64,000 nt of DNA from Bacillota bacterium (GTDB taxonomy: Bacteria > Bacillota > Clostridia > Christensenellales > SZUA-584). The DNA lies in NCBI GenBank assembly GCA_023416745.1, contig JAEZHF010000063.1, forward strand, positions 7,272-71,271, given 5' to 3'. This document shows, piece by piece, positions 8,287 to 19,403 of this stretch. The first letter of the stretch is position 1; each line of letters opens with the position of its first letter. The notes beneath the pieces were generated by a model. It saw nothing but the letters and a program-made list of their open reading frames with translations. It searched no databases and had not been told where the DNA came from. The position numbers and the translations under genes are program-made.

Positions 8287-8646
8287 ATGCCAAGACCAAG
8301 AAAACAGAAACTGATTTGCGGTATGCCTGAATGCAATGTGTTCGGCCCTTGCGGCGGAGCCTGCAGAGGTGAACCTGTTTATATGAGTCTCGAAGAATAT
8401 GAAACCATTCGGCTTATTGATCTCGAAAACATGGATCAGTCACAATGTGCAGTTGTGATGGGCGTAGCGCGTTCCACCGTTCAGCGATTGTATACCGATG
8501 CTCGCCGCAAGCTGGCCGATTGTCTGGTGAGCGGGCGAATGCTCCATATCGGCGGTGGAGATTATACCATGTGTGACAGGCGAGTCAACCCGGAGAACTG
8601 CGCAGGATGCCGAAGACGCGGACGCCATGGTAACCCTTTTGATTAA
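8287..8646 (+). CDS. DUF134 (UPF0251) family predicted DNA-binding protein
   Basis: MPRPRKQKLICGMPECNVFGPCGG is the typical DUF134 start. It is followed by an HTH-like segment (QSQCAVVMGVARSTVQRLYTDARRKLA) and a C-terminal Cys cluster. Confidence 0.75.
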   Translation: MPRPRKQKLICGMPECNVFGPCGGACRGEPVYMSLEEYETIRLIDLENMDQSQCAVVMGVARSTVQRLYTDARRKLADCLVSGRMLHIGGGDYTMCDRRVNPENCAGCRRRGRHGNPFD

Positions 8647-8707
8647 GTCACATAATATTTGGCGGCAGTTTGTATTATAATAACTCCGTCTTGGTCGAAA
8701 ACGAAAC

Positions 8708-8743
8708 AAAAGCTGCGAGGAACGGCTCTCCGCAGCTTTTTTT
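8708..8743. terminator. Bidirectional rho-independent terminator
   Basis: AGCTGCG-loop-CGCAGCT, flanked by an A-run upstream and TTTTTTT downstream. It sits between convergent genes. Confidence 0.65.
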
Positions 8744-8777
8744 ATTCTCAGTATGGCTGAACAGTTTTCTATAGCCG

Positions 8778-9713
8778 CTATTCCCGTGGCTTGGAAAGTA
8801 TCCTATTGCCAGCCCTGTCCATCAGCCAGGCCAGCGCGAATCCCGCCGCAAAACATGCAGTCCATATCAGTATTGTGCCAATATCACTGGAGTAAGTGAC
8901 TCCGATTTTCTCTCCTGTTGCGCCGATGTTGCCGGAAGTCGGCAGTATGATGGCAATCGCAGAAGCCATGACAAAACCCATAACAGCGTGGGATGCGATA
9001 GAGTAATGCTTCTTGAACATGTAGTTGATTGAACGGGCAGACAGAAGTATGGTTGCCCCTAAGCCCAAAGCCATGGGCAAAACGACTTCCAGTGAGAAAG
9101 AGGAGATGCCTGCCGACATCGCCTGATAGAGCCCCAGAAACAGCAGCAGCGACGATGAACTGAGGCCGGGCACAACCAGACTGGCACCCCATAGCACACC
9201 GCAAACCAAAAACCACCAAAGATTTGCCTCAATGGTCAGACTCATACCATACTGAAGGTAAGTTAGCAGTGTCATAATGACAGCAAAGCTGATTATCAGA
9301 GACAGAAAAGATTTGTATGAGCGGCCTTCTTTACCCGCGTCATTGTATAATTTCGGGATCATGCCCACAATCAAGCCAAAGAAAAGCCATATCGCGGCAG
9401 CGGAAAAAGCAGCGTCATTGAACATGAAGTCAACAACCTTCGCAAAGCCCCAAAAGCCCAGTGCCCATCCCACAAGAACAGGCAGCAGCAGCTTATAGTG
9501 GTTCTTAAAAGCACGAATGGGATGGGCCAGCAGGGCCATCATCGGCTGGTAAATACCAAAGACAACGCACAGCACGCCCCCGCTGATGCCAGGCAGTATT
9601 GCTCCTGCACCGATCATGGCGCCCTGTATCACCCGTAGCAGCCAGTGCATAAACACCGCATGAGGCAGCTTCTTCTTTGTCATCTTACCGCTTTGCCGGT
9701 TGTCCTGTTCCAC
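8778..9713 (-). CDS. DUF368-family membrane protein (family reported as a polyprenyl-phosphate translocase)
   Basis: Polytopic protein with the GAILPGISGGVL motif characteristic of DUF368. Confidence 0.75.
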   Translation of the reverse strand: MEQDNRQSGKMTKKKLPHAVFMHWLLRVIQGAMIGAGAILPGISGGVLCVVFGIYQPMMALLAHPIRAFKNHYKLLLPVLVGWALGFWGFAKVVDFMFNDAAFSAAAIWLFFGLIVGMIPKLYNDAGKEGRSYKSFLSLIISFAVIMTLLTYLQYGMSLTIEANLWWFLVCGVLWGASLVVPGLSSSSLLLFLGLYQAMSAGISSFSLEVVLPMALGLGATILLSARSINYMFKKHYSIASHAVMGFVMASAIAIILPTSGNIGATGEKIGVTYSSDIGTILIWTACFAAGFALAWLMDRAGNRILSKPRE

Positions 9714-9808
9714 TCTGTTCTCCCGTCCGGTTATATAGTGTTTATGGCATTATAAAACAGCGGGCAACAATGCGTCAATGTATCCGTGATTACAATTTAG
9801 AAAGAATA

Positions 9809-11838
9809 TCAATCCGGTGATATGTCCAGCGCCTTCATTAACTCGTCCAAGGTGTATAACGGTTGCCTGCATTGGTAATTCTCGCAGATATACACGGCAA
9901 ACGGCCTGTCTGTTCTGTACTCGGACAGCATCGGCAGTGCATCGGTCATTTCCTGGGTGTAGTCATACCAAAGCAGCGTTGTGTACGGCTCAAACTGACG
10001 TGCAATCATGCTGTACACTTCTGCCGCCTCCGCGCTGTCGGGTCGCGCCGTGATTATGATTTGCCGGTGTGGTGTGCCCTCGCCCAGCAACGCCGTCAGC
10101 AGGTGGATATGAGAAGGCGGCGAGCATTCCGCCAGAGGCAGCAGCGCTGCCAGCGCCTTCTCCAGCGCCTTACGCCATCTGTCCTCCCCTGTGAGCCAAT
10201 GAAGGCGCTGCAGCGCCCAAACGGCGAACGCGTTCCCAGACGGCATAGCGCCGTCGTAGGTATCGCGCGGGGACATCAGCAGAACTTCCGCGCCCTTAGG
10301 TGTCATTGCGAAGCCGCTCTCATCTGCGAACAGCCTAAGCATACCTTCCGCCAACGTTCTGGACTTCTCCAGCCACTGGATGCTTCGCGTTGCGGCAAAC
10401 AGCGCGAGCAGACCATTTATCATGTTGGCCCAATCAGCCAGAAACGCAGGGCCTCCGGGACCATTCAAATACGTACCGCAAGCAAGACCTTTGTCATCTG
10501 TCATGTGCGCCATCACGAACTGAGCTGCCGCTTCAGCGCTTCGAGTCAGCGCCGTTTCGCCCAACGCAACACCCGCGCGCGCCATTGCTTCTATCATCAG
10601 CCCGTTCCATGACGCCGACACTTTCATGTCCTTGAAGGGCGGTACGCGCTTTTTGCGGATACTGTACAGCTTGCTCATCAGCGCCACGTCACTCTCGTCC
10701 GGCTCGTCCGTAGTGCCGATTCGGTTGAGTATCGTTTTACCCTCGAAATTGCCCGCGGCAGTCAACCCCCAACGCACCTGAAGGCATTGAAGCTCTTCGA
10801 TTGTCAGCGCTTCCGCCAGCTCCGCCTCGCCCCAGACGTAAAACTTTCCTTCCTCCCCTTCCGAATCGGCATCCTCCGCAGAATAGTACCCGCCATCCGG
10901 CGACTGCATATCGCGCATGATGTATTCGGCTGTATGCGTTGCGATGCGTTTATACACCGCATCCCCCGTGATCGCAGACATCTCAGCGTAAGCGCGCAGC
11001 AACAGCGCGTTATCGTACAGCATCTTTTCGAAATGCGGCACCAGCCAGCGCCCGTCCGTGGAATAGCGTGAGAAACCGCCGCCTACGGGGTCGAATATGC
11101 CGCCGCGCGCCATGCTTTTTAACGTATGCCCCGCTATATCCAGCGCATCCTTGTTTCCCTGAGCCTTCCATTCGTGCATCAGGAACATCATATAGTGCGG
11201 CATTGGAAACTTGGGTGCGGGCGAAAACCCGCCGAACTTCGGCTCATACATGGAACGCAGCGCCCGCGTCGCATCCATAAGCGCCTTTTCCGCGTCTCCC
11301 CCGCCTTCGGTTTTACCAGTTTCCAATAAAACCTGTGCAACCTTCTCGCTTTGCTCCGCTAAAGCCGTACGCTCCTCCTGCCACAGGCGCATTATCTGAG
11401 CCAGCAGGCTTTCCAGCCCGGTATGACCATGCATGTTGTGCGGCGGCAGAGAGGTTCCCGCAAAAAAAGGCTTCTTTTGAGGCTCATGATGATGGTGAGC
11501 GGCCATCCGCCGGCTGCCCGTCATCGCCTGGCACACGCTCATGTACACCTCGTCGATGTCCGGGCGCTCCTCCCTTTCTACCTTGATAGACACGAAGCCG
11601 GCATTCAGCAGCTTTGCGATATCCTCGTTTTTAAAGCTCTCACGCTCCATTACATGACACCAATGACAGGTAGAATAGTTGATGGAGAAGAATACCGATT
11701 TATCCTCCTCTTTGGCTTTTCAAATGCTTCATTGCCCAACGGATACCAATCTACGGGGTTGTGGGTGTACTGAAGAAGATAGGGAGAGGACTCACTGGTT
11801 AATTTGTTGGACAGCATTTTAACTGACATAGAAATCAC
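9809..11838 (-). pseudogene. yyaL: YyaL/DUF255 thioredoxin-domain protein, disrupted by a frameshift and a compensated double frameshift
   Basis: The gene is split into ORFs 11650..11838 and 9809..11650. Reading through in the downstream frame gives [29 protein letters not shown], with the CxxC motif intact, so one A is missing from the A-run at 11717-11720. At 11481-11517 the annotated frame gives GSRRMAAHHHHE, whereas the +1 frame gives the conserved GSGGWPLTIIMS. Confidence 0.8.
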
Positions 11839-11956
11839 TCCAGAGAACGTGTATCACGTTTACTATGCCCTGTTTGCCCTTTTTAATGAGTCGGAATTGA
11901 TTTGGGATTATATACGACCGATTAGGGCGTTAATAACACAGCTCCGTGCCATGTGT

Positions 11957-12964
11957 TTACTCCATCTCAAACTTCACACGTCGATTAATGTCCGTCATCA
12001 GCACCGCAAACTGATTGAGATCCAGCGACTGCGCACCGTCGGAGAGCGCTTCCGCCGGATTGTCGTGTGTCTCGATGACGAGGCCGTCCGCACCCACCGC
12101 AATGGCCGCGCGGGACAGCGGCGGCACCAGGCTGCGCAGGCCCGCTGCGTGGCTGGGGTCCACGAACACCGGCAGATGCGACTTCTGCTTGAGTATCGGC
12201 ACGGCGGAGATGTCCAGCGTGTTGCGTGTAGCCGTCTCAAACGTGCGGATGCCGCGTTCGCAGAGTATTACGTCGGAATTTCCCGAAGCGACAATGTACT
12301 CCGCGCTCATCAAAAACTCCTCGATGGTGTTGGAGAAACCGCGCTTTAAGAGCACCGACTTGCCGAAGCGCCCCACCTCGCGCAGCAGGTCGAAGTTCTG
12401 CATATTGCGCGCGCCAATCTGGATCACGTCCACGTCATCGAACATCGGCAGCTGCGTCTGGTTCATGATCTCGGTCACGATGGGCAGCCCCGTTTCTTTT
12501 TTAGCAGCCAGCAGCAGCTCTATGCCCGTCTGTTTGAGACCGGGGAATGCGTATGGCGAGGTACGAGGCTTGAACGCGCCGCCGCGCAGCATGGATGCGC
12601 CGCTTTGCTTGACCGATCGCGCTACTGTCAGTATCTGCTCCTCACTTTCCACCGAGCATGGGCCGGAGATCACGTGGAAATAGCTTTCGCCCAGCGTCAG
12701 CTCGCCCACACTTACGTGTGTGTCCTCCGGATGGGCAACCCTGTTGACTGCCTTGTATGGTTCCGTCACGCGCTTGCCGTACGCCACGATGTCGTTGGTC
12801 TGCACCACGAGGTCCACGTCTATAGTGGCCGTGTTGCCGATGAGGCAGACCACCGTATGCTCCGTTCCCTTGCTGATGAACGTGGAAAAGCCGCTGGCTT
12901 CAATCTTTTTAATAAAGCTGTTAATCGCGTCCTCCGGAACGCCTTCCTTCAGCACAAAAACCAT
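11957..12964 (-). CDS. aroF: 3-deoxy-7-phosphoheptulonate (DAHP) synthase, type I-beta, with an N-terminal regulatory domain
   Basis: [28 protein letters not shown] and DPSH motifs. An extra domain of about 70 aa sits at the N-terminus. The gene lies 15 nt downstream of trpA, preceded by GAGGAG. Confidence 0.9.
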   Translation of the reverse strand: MVFVLKEGVPEDAINSFIKKIEASGFSTFISKGTEHTVVCLIGNTATIDVDLVVQTNDIVAYGKRVTEPYKAVNRVAHPEDTHVSVGELTLGESYFHVISGPCSVESEEQILTVARSVKQSGASMLRGGAFKPRTSPYAFPGLKQTGIELLLAAKKETGLPIVTEIMNQTQLPMFDDVDVIQIGARNMQNFDLLREVGRFGKSVLLKRGFSNTIEEFLMSAEYIVASGNSDVILCERGIRTFETATRNTLDISAVPILKQKSHLPVFVDPSHAAGLRSLVPPLSRAAIAVGADGLVIETHDNPAEALSDGAQSLDLNQFAVLMTDINRRVKFEME

Positions 12965-12979
12965 AAGTATCTCCTCTGA

Positions 12980-13756
12980 TCAAAAGCCTGACATCGCGGC
13001 CTTCATGCGGCAAACGTATTCGTTCACAGGTCTGATGCTGTCTCGCCCGTATTGAGCGACCAGCTGCACGATGGCACTGCCCACAATCACGCCATCTGCC
13101 AAAGCCGCCATCTCGCGTGCCTGTTCCGGCGTGGATATGCCGAAACCGATGGCGCATGGGATATCCTTCGCCGTCTTGATGCGGCGAACCATTGCACCGA
13201 TGTCCGTGGTGATAGCACTGCGCACGCCGGTGACGCCCAGCGACGACACGCAATACACGAACCCTTGAGCCTCTGCCGCGATCATACCGATGCGTTCCTC
13301 CGATGTGGGCGCGATCAGCGATATCAGCCGCACATCGTTTGCTTCGCAGAAGGGCAGCAGTTCACTTCGTTCCTCAAACGGCAGATCAGGCACGATGATG
13401 GTGTCCACGCCGCATGCCGCGCAGTTGCATAGAAATCGCTCAGCACTGTATACGTAGATGGGATTGATGTACGTCATGAAAGCCAGCGGCACATCCGTCT
13501 GCTGCCGCACGCGCTTCACCATGTCAAATATCTTGTCCGTGGTGGTGCCCGACGCCAGCGCACGCTCGTCTGCCTGCTGAATAACGACACCTTCCGCCAC
13601 CGGGTCGGAGAACGGTATGCCCAGCTCAATGAGGTCAGCACCAGCCTCTGCCATCGTGAGCACCAGCCGTTCCGTCGTTTCAAGATCGGGGTCGCCCGCT
13701 GTTACAAACGCGATAAACGCTTTCTTGTTTTCAAATGCCTGATGCAGCTTATTCAT
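12980..13756 (-). CDS. trpA: Tryptophan synthase alpha chain
   Basis: [21 protein letters not shown] and GFGIS motifs. 8 nt overlap with trpB. Confidence 0.95.
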   Translation of the reverse strand: MNKLHQAFENKKAFIAFVTAGDPDLETTERLVLTMAEAGADLIELGIPFSDPVAEGVVIQQADERALASGTTTDKIFDMVKRVRQQTDVPLAFMTYINPIYVYSAERFLCNCAACGVDTIIVPDLPFEERSELLPFCEANDVRLISLIAPTSEERIGMIAAEAQGFVYCVSSLGVTGVRSAITTDIGAMVRRIKTAKDIPCAIGFGISTPEQAREMAALADGVIVGSAIVQLVAQYGRDSIRPVNEYVCRMKAAMSGF

Positions 13757-14930
13757 GGATGTTCACCCCCTTATATCTGGCGATGGCCGCTACATCCTTA
13801 TCGCCGCGCCCGGACAGGTTGATGACGATGATCTGATCCTTGCTCATCGTGGGCGCAAGTTTTTTCGCATACGCCACGGCGTGTGCGCTCTCCACCGCAG
13901 GAATGATGCCCTCCGTCCGCGCGAGGTATTCGAACGCGTCCACTGCCTCGTCGTCCGTCACCGGTATGTATTCCGCGCGGCCGATCTCATGCAGATGCGC
14001 ATGCTCCGGCCCGATGCCCGGGTAGTCCAGCCCCGCCGATATCGAATACACCGGCGCGATCTGGCCGTATTCGTCCTGACAGAAAAGCGACTTCATGCCG
14101 TGGAATATTCCCCTCGTTCCGTTCGCAACGGTCGCGGCGTTCTGCGGCGTGTCCACGCCATGCCCCGCCGCTTCGCAGCCGATCAGCCGCACTGACGGAT
14201 CGCCGATGAAGTCGTAGAACAGCCCTATCGCATTGCTGCCGCCGCCCACGCACGCCACCAGCGCGTCGGGCAGACAGCCCTCTTTCTCCAGCAGCTGCTG
14301 ACGCACCTCTTTGCCAATTACGCACTGAAAGTCGCGTACCATCATGGGAAACGGGTGCGGCCCCATCACCGAACCAAACACGTAATGTGTATCATCGATG
14401 CGCTGTGTCCATTCGCGCATGGCTGCGTTGACCGCGTCCTTGAGCGTTTGCGTGCCAGACGTCACCGCGTGCACCTTTGCTCCCAGCAGCTCCATACGGA
14501 ACACGTTAAGCGCCTGCCGCTCGGTGTCCTCTTTGCCCATGAATATCTCGCACTCTAACCCGAAGTACGCCGCCGCGGTGGCTGTTGCCACGCCGTGCTG
14601 GCCTGCGCCCGTTTCCGCTATCACGCGCGTTTTACCCATCCGCTTCGCCAGCAGCGCCTGACCCAGCACGTTGTTGATCTTGTGCGAGCCGGTGTGATTC
14701 AAATCCTCGCGCTTGAGATATATCTTCGCGCCGCCGAGATCTGCCGTCATCTTCGCTGCGTGGTACAGCAACGAAGGCCGCCCGGCATAGTCCTTCATCA
14801 GCGCATCCAGCTCCGTGCAGAACGCGGGGTCGTCTTTGTAATGCAGGTACGCTTGTTCTACCTCAATCACGGCGTTCATCAGCGTTTCGGGGATGTACTG
14901 CCCGCCAAACGCGCCAAACCGTCCATTCAT
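13749..14930 (-). CDS. trpB: Tryptophan synthase beta chain
   Basis: [18 protein letters not shown] and GGGSNAIG motifs. Confidence 0.95.
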   Translation of the reverse strand: MNGRFGAFGGQYIPETLMNAVIEVEQAYLHYKDDPAFCTELDALMKDYAGRPSLLYHAAKMTADLGGAKIYLKREDLNHTGSHKINNVLGQALLAKRMGKTRVIAETGAGQHGVATATAAAYFGLECEIFMGKEDTERQALNVFRMELLGAKVHAVTSGTQTLKDAVNAAMREWTQRIDDTHYVFGSVMGPHPFPMMVRDFQCVIGKEVRQQLLEKEGCLPDALVACVGGGSNAIGLFYDFIGDPSVRLIGCEAAGHGVDTPQNAATVANGTRGIFHGMKSLFCQDEYGQIAPVYSISAGLDYPGIGPEHAHLHEIGRAEYIPVTDDEAVDAFEYLARTEGIIPAVESAHAVAYAKKLAPTMSKDQIIVINLSGRGDKDVAAIARYKGVNIHE

Positions 14931-15541
14931 ATTGTCACGCTCCTTACGATATTCACCAGTTCGATGATCTTTTCCTTGTCCTTCATGCCGTCCGTTTCTG
15001 CGCCGCTGCTCACATCAATGGCATAAGGGTTCAGCTTAAGTGCTCCGCGGATGTTCTCCGGATTGATGCCCCCCGCGAGGAAGTACAGCTTGCTCAGCTT
15101 TGGCAGCAGCGCCCAGTCGAAGCATTCTCCGCTGCCGCCCGCCCGCTGCGGGTGATAAGCGTCCAGCAGCAGATAGTCGCACGGCAGGTCTTGCGCCGAC
15201 AGCACCTGCTGTGTACTCTGCACCCGTACCGCCTTGATGATGGGCGCCGCGGTTTTCGACCGCAGCCGCTCGATGTATATCGCGTCCTCGCTGCCGTGCA
15301 GCTGGATGACGCCGATTACTCCGTCGTTGGCCAACGTCGTCACTTCGTCCGCATCCGCGTCCACGAAAACGCCTACCGCTTTGATGCGTGTGTCCAGTCG
15401 TTGTTTGATAGCTGCCGCCTGCATCCGCGTCACCTTGCGGCGGCTGTCCGCAAACACAAAGCCGATATAGTCAGGCAGCGCCTCGTTCACATAATCCGAG
15501 TCCTCCGGGCGGAACAGCCCGCATATCTTAATCTTTGTCAT
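14927..15541 (-). CDS. trpF: Phosphoribosylanthranilate isomerase
   Basis: MTKIKICGL..., QLHG, and a position between trpC and trpB with 4 nt overlaps on both sides. Confidence 0.9.
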   Translation of the reverse strand: MTKIKICGLFRPEDSDYVNEALPDYIGFVFADSRRKVTRMQAAAIKQRLDTRIKAVGVFVDADADEVTTLANDGVIGVIQLHGSEDAIYIERLRSKTAAPIIKAVRVQSTQQVLSAQDLPCDYLLLDAYHPQRAGGSGECFDWALLPKLSKLYFLAGGINPENIRGALKLNPYAIDVSSGAETDGMKDKEKIIELVNIVRSVTI

Positions 15542-16320
15542 GACGCGCCGCCTTTAAGTGCGGACAGTGCCGCCTTTTTATCCGGGCTGCGCATCAGCGT
15601 TTCACCGATCAGCACCGCGTCAACTCCCGCTTCGCGCAGCCGGGCGATATCCGCGCCGTCCCGTATGCCGCTCTCTGCCACAAAGACGATATCTTTTGGC
15701 ACCATCGGTCTCAAGCGGATACATGTGTTCAAATCCACTTCAAAACTTTGCAGATTCCTATTGTTGACGCCCACGATGCGCGCGCCCGCGTTCAGCGCGG
15801 ACTTAATCTCTGCCTCGGTGTGCGCCTCCACCAGCGCCGATAGCCCCAGCACGTCACAAATGCCGATGTAATCCCGCAGTGTCGGCGCTTCAAGCAGCGA
15901 ACAGATCAGCAGCACTGCGTCCGCGCCGATGGTTTTGGCCTCGTACAACTGGTATTCGTCCACCGTGAAGTCCGTGCGCAGCACTGGGATGCCGATGCTT
16001 TCATGTATCTTCGTCAAGTACGCGTCGCTGCCGAGGAAGAATTCCGGCTCTGTCAGCACCGAGACAGCGTCCGCCCCGGCAAATTCGTACTCACGTGCGA
16101 TGTCCAGATACGGGAAATCTGGCGCGATCAGCCCCTTGGAGGGTGATGCCTTTTTCACCTCGCAGATAAACGCCATTTCTTCCTTCTTCAGGGCGCGTTC
16201 GAAAATACAATCCCCTTTGGACAATGCCAGCGCCTGTTCACGCAGTGCATGCAGCGGATTAATCTCTTTGGCGGCGGTCACGCGCTTGTGTGCCGCCGCT
16301 GCGATGGTATCCAGTATCAT
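15538..16320 (-). CDS. trpC: Indole-3-glycerol phosphate synthase
   Basis: ICEVKKASPSKG, NNRNL and ESGI motifs. The start was trimmed to MILDTIAAA at 16320, giving an ATGA overlap with trpD. Confidence 0.9.
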   Translation of the reverse strand: MILDTIAAAAHKRVTAAKEINPLHALREQALALSKGDCIFERALKKEEMAFICEVKKASPSKGLIAPDFPYLDIAREYEFAGADAVSVLTEPEFFLGSDAYLTKIHESIGIPVLRTDFTVDEYQLYEAKTIGADAVLLICSLLEAPTLRDYIGICDVLGLSALVEAHTEAEIKSALNAGARIVGVNNRNLQSFEVDLNTCIRLRPMVPKDIVFVAESGIRDGADIARLREAGVDAVLIGETLMRSPDKKAALSALKGGAS

Positions 16321-17333
16321 GACTTCGCTCCGTTCGTCGCCTGAACAAATTCGTACAGCTTCGCCAGCGCCGCCCCGCTGTCGATGGTCTGCGCCGCCAG
16401 CGCCACGCCCTCCGCGATGGTGTCCGCTTTTCCTGCGATATACAGACATGCACCCGTATTAAACAACACAATGTTACGCCGCGCACTCTTATCGCCGCCA
16501 AGCACCGCTTTGGCGATTTTCGCGTTCGCCGCCGCGTTGCCGCCGGTGATGTCGCCCATGGCGCACAGCTCAAGGCCGTAGTCGCGCGGGTCCAGCTTAT
16601 AACAGCTAATTTGACCGTCTTTGATCTCGTATACCTGCGTGGCGGCGCTTAGCGTAATCTCGTCGAGACCGTCATCGCCGTGCACCACCAATGCGCGCTT
16701 GACGCCAAGGTTCATCAGTGTCTGCGCCAGCGGCTCCATCAACGCTTTGTTGTATACGCCCAGCAGCTGCAGCGTCGCGCCCGCAGGGTTGGCGAGCGGC
16801 CCTAAGATATTGAATATCGTGCGAGTGCCCAACTCCCGCCTCACCGGAGCCGCGTGTTTCATCGAGGTATGATAAACCGGCGCAAACATGAAGCAGATGC
16901 CCGTGTCGGCCAGCACCTTTGCGTTCTGCTCTGCCGTGAGGTTCAGCTTCACGCCCAGCGTTTCCAATACATCCGCCGCGCCGCATTTGCTGGACACGCT
17001 GCGGTTGCCGTGCTTGGCAACTGGAACACCCGCCGCCGCAATCACGAAAGCGGAAACGGTGGATATGTTGAATGTAAACGCCTCGTCGCCGCCGGTGCCC
17101 ACGATGTCCAGCACCTCCAGATCGTGCGGAAGCTTTGTTCCGCATTCTCGCATAGCCGCAGCACACGCTGTGATCTCACCCACGCTCTCGCCTTTCATGC
17201 GCAGCGCTGTCAGAAACGCGGCAATCTGCGCCGGTGTGGCCGTGCCTTGCATAATCTCCAGCATGGCTTGACGCGCCATTTCATATGGCAGGTCGTTCTT
17301 ATCTATCGCGAATCTGATGGCTTCCTGTATCAT
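16317..17333 (-). CDS. trpD: Anthranilate phosphoribosyltransferase
   Basis: DIVGTGGD, KHGNRSVSSKCGAADVLE and NILGPLANP motifs. Confidence 0.95.
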   Translation of the reverse strand: MIQEAIRFAIDKNDLPYEMARQAMLEIMQGTATPAQIAAFLTALRMKGESVGEITACAAAMRECGTKLPHDLEVLDIVGTGGDEAFTFNISTVSAFVIAAAGVPVAKHGNRSVSSKCGAADVLETLGVKLNLTAEQNAKVLADTGICFMFAPVYHTSMKHAAPVRRELGTRTIFNILGPLANPAGATLQLLGVYNKALMEPLAQTLMNLGVKRALVVHGDDGLDEITLSAATQVYEIKDGQISCYKLDPRDYGLELCAMGDITGGNAAANAKIAKAVLGGDKSARRNIVLFNTGACLYIAGKADTIAEGVALAAQTIDSGAALAKLYEFVQATNGAKS

Positions 17334-17911
17334 TTTGCTCCCTCCAGACCAAGGAAATTTCTCATGATGACATCCCCCTGCGGCGTTAACACCGACTCGG
17401 GATGGAACTGTACGCCGTAAACCGCGTACCGCTCATGCCGCACCGCCATCACCTCGCCGATCTCGTCGTCCTCCGCAATCACGATCAGGTCGTCCGACAC
17501 CGTATCGCGCGCGGCGACAAGTGAGTGGTAACGCGCCGCATCGATCGACGGGGGCAGTCCCGCGAACAGCGCATCCTCTGCCGATATGCGGATGCGGCTC
17601 TTCTTGCCGTGCATGAGCTTCTTTGCGTGGGTGACGGTCGCGCCAAACACCTCGCAGATGGCCTGATGCCCCAGGCACACACCGAGTATCGGCGCCTTAC
17701 CCGCAAAATACGCGATCACGTCCTCGCAGATACCCGCGTCCTTGGGGTAGCCGGGGCCGGGCGAAAGCAGTATGTGCGACGGGCGCAGTACCTCGATTTC
17801 CGCCACGGTCAGCGCGTCGTTTCGCACCACATGAACATCCGGGTTGATGCCCGCGGTCAACTGGTACAGGTTATACGTAAAGCTGTCGTAGTTATCTATC
17901 AGCAGTATCAT
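17330..17911 (-). CDS. trpG: Anthranilate synthase component II (glutamine amidotransferase)
   Basis: MILLIDNYDSFTYNL, GVCLGHQ and GVQFHPES motifs. Confidence 0.9.
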   Translation of the reverse strand: MILLIDNYDSFTYNLYQLTAGINPDVHVVRNDALTVAEIEVLRPSHILLSPGPGYPKDAGICEDVIAYFAGKAPILGVCLGHQAICEVFGATVTHAKKLMHGKKSRIRISAEDALFAGLPPSIDAARYHSLVAARDTVSDDLIVIAEDDEIGEVMAVRHERYAVYGVQFHPESVLTPQGDVIMRNFLGLEGAK

Positions 17912-19368
17912 TCGTCATCCACCTCGCTCGCTCTCATGATGGCGTCCATCACAGCCTTGGCCTTGTTACCCGACTCCGCGTATTCTGTCTCCAGTATGCT
18001 GTCTGCCACGATGCCGCCGCCCGCTTGAACGGTCACGCTGCCGTTTTCCTTCACCGCCATGCGGATGGCAATGCAGGTGTCGAGGTTGCCGGAGAAGTCA
18101 ATGTATCCCAGTGCGCCGCCGTAGATGCCGCGCGGCCCGTTCTCCAGCTCCTCGATGATCTGGCAGGCGCGTATCTTTGGTGCGCCCGACAGAGTGCCTG
18201 CTGGCAGTATCGCTTCCACCGCGTCCAGTGCGTCGCAGTCCGGACGGATGTCTCCCTCCACGCGGGACGCGATATGCATGATGCGCGAATACCGGTGGAT
18301 CATCATATAATCCATCACCTTCACCGAAGCGATGTTGGAGATGCGTCCGAGATCATTGCGGGCGAGATCCACCAGCATGTTGTGCTCTGACAGCTCCTTC
18401 TCGTCGGCCAGCAGCTCGGTTTCCAGCACCCTATCCTCCTCGTCTGATGTGCCGCGAGGGCGTGAGCCCGCCACTGGGAAGGTGGCCAGCCGTCCCTTGT
18501 GCAGCCGCACCAGTGTTTCGGGCGATGTGCTCATGATTTCAAGGCCGTCAATATGCATATAGACCATGTATGGCGAGGGGTTGGTGGTGCGCAGCACGCG
18601 GTAGGCGTTGATGAGGCTGCCGTTGTACGTGCTCTCAAAGCGCCGCGATATCACCGCCTGGAATATGTCGCCATCGATGATGTACTCCTTTGTTTTTTCC
18701 ACCACTTTGCAGTAATATTCCCGAGAAATGTTGCAGGTAAATTCCGGCCTGGCTTCCGTGCGCAGGCGAGGCAGCGGCTGCTTGTCATAGATGATGCGTA
18801 CGATGCGCTCAATCTCAGACACCGCCTTGCCGTAGTCCTCCATCACACGATCCGCCTTCATGTTGACCACAATGCATATCTTCTGCTTTAAGTGGTCGTA
18901 AGCAATCACCTTGTCGAACAGCATCAGATCGAAGTCATTACCGGAGGCCTTAATATTCAGCACCGGCTCGGCATAGCCGATCATCGCGTAGGCGAAGTAG
19001 CCCACCAGCCCGCCGGTGAAGGGCGGCATGTCGGGCAGCGACGGCGCGCGATAGGCCGACATCACCTCGCGCACCACCTCCAGTGGTTTTTGCGTGTTCA
19101 CCTTCCTGACGGAATTGCTTTCGGAAATGGTCACCTCGCCGTCCTTGCAGACGAGGCGCATCACGGGGTCGAACCCGAGGAACGAATACCGTGCCCATTT
19201 CTCACCGCCCTCAATGCTCTCCAGCAGGAAATACCGGTCTGAAAGCGCAGTCAGTTTGCGCAGCAGCGTAATGGGCGTGATGATGTCCGCATATATCTCC
19301 TTGCAGACCGGTATCGTGCTGTAATGTTTGGCGAGCTCCTGTATCGTCTCGCACTCTGGTCTGATCAT
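17908..19368 (-). CDS. trpE: Anthranilate synthase component I
   Basis: The chorismate-binding core has SPETLV, GTLSGAPK and GGALGY motifs. The start was trimmed to MIRPECETIQ at 19368, downstream of the T-box terminator. Confidence 0.9.
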   Translation of the reverse strand: MIRPECETIQELAKHYSTIPVCKEIYADIITPITLLRKLTALSDRYFLLESIEGGEKWARYSFLGFDPVMRLVCKDGEVTISESNSVRKVNTQKPLEVVREVMSAYRAPSLPDMPPFTGGLVGYFAYAMIGYAEPVLNIKASGNDFDLMLFDKVIAYDHLKQKICIVVNMKADRVMEDYGKAVSEIERIVRIIYDKQPLPRLRTEARPEFTCNISREYYCKVVEKTKEYIIDGDIFQAVISRRFESTYNGSLINAYRVLRTTNPSPYMVYMHIDGLEIMSTSPETLVRLHKGRLATFPVAGSRPRGTSDEEDRVLETELLADEKELSEHNMLVDLARNDLGRISNIASVKVMDYMMIHRYSRIMHIASRVEGDIRPDCDALDAVEAILPAGTLSGAPKIRACQIIEELENGPRGIYGGALGYIDFSGNLDTCIAIRMAVKENGSVTVQAGGGIVADSILETEYAESGNKAKAVMDAIMRASEVDDE

Positions 19369-19403
19369 TCTCGCTCTCCTCTCGTCTCCTCTATGTTTGC
19401 AAT

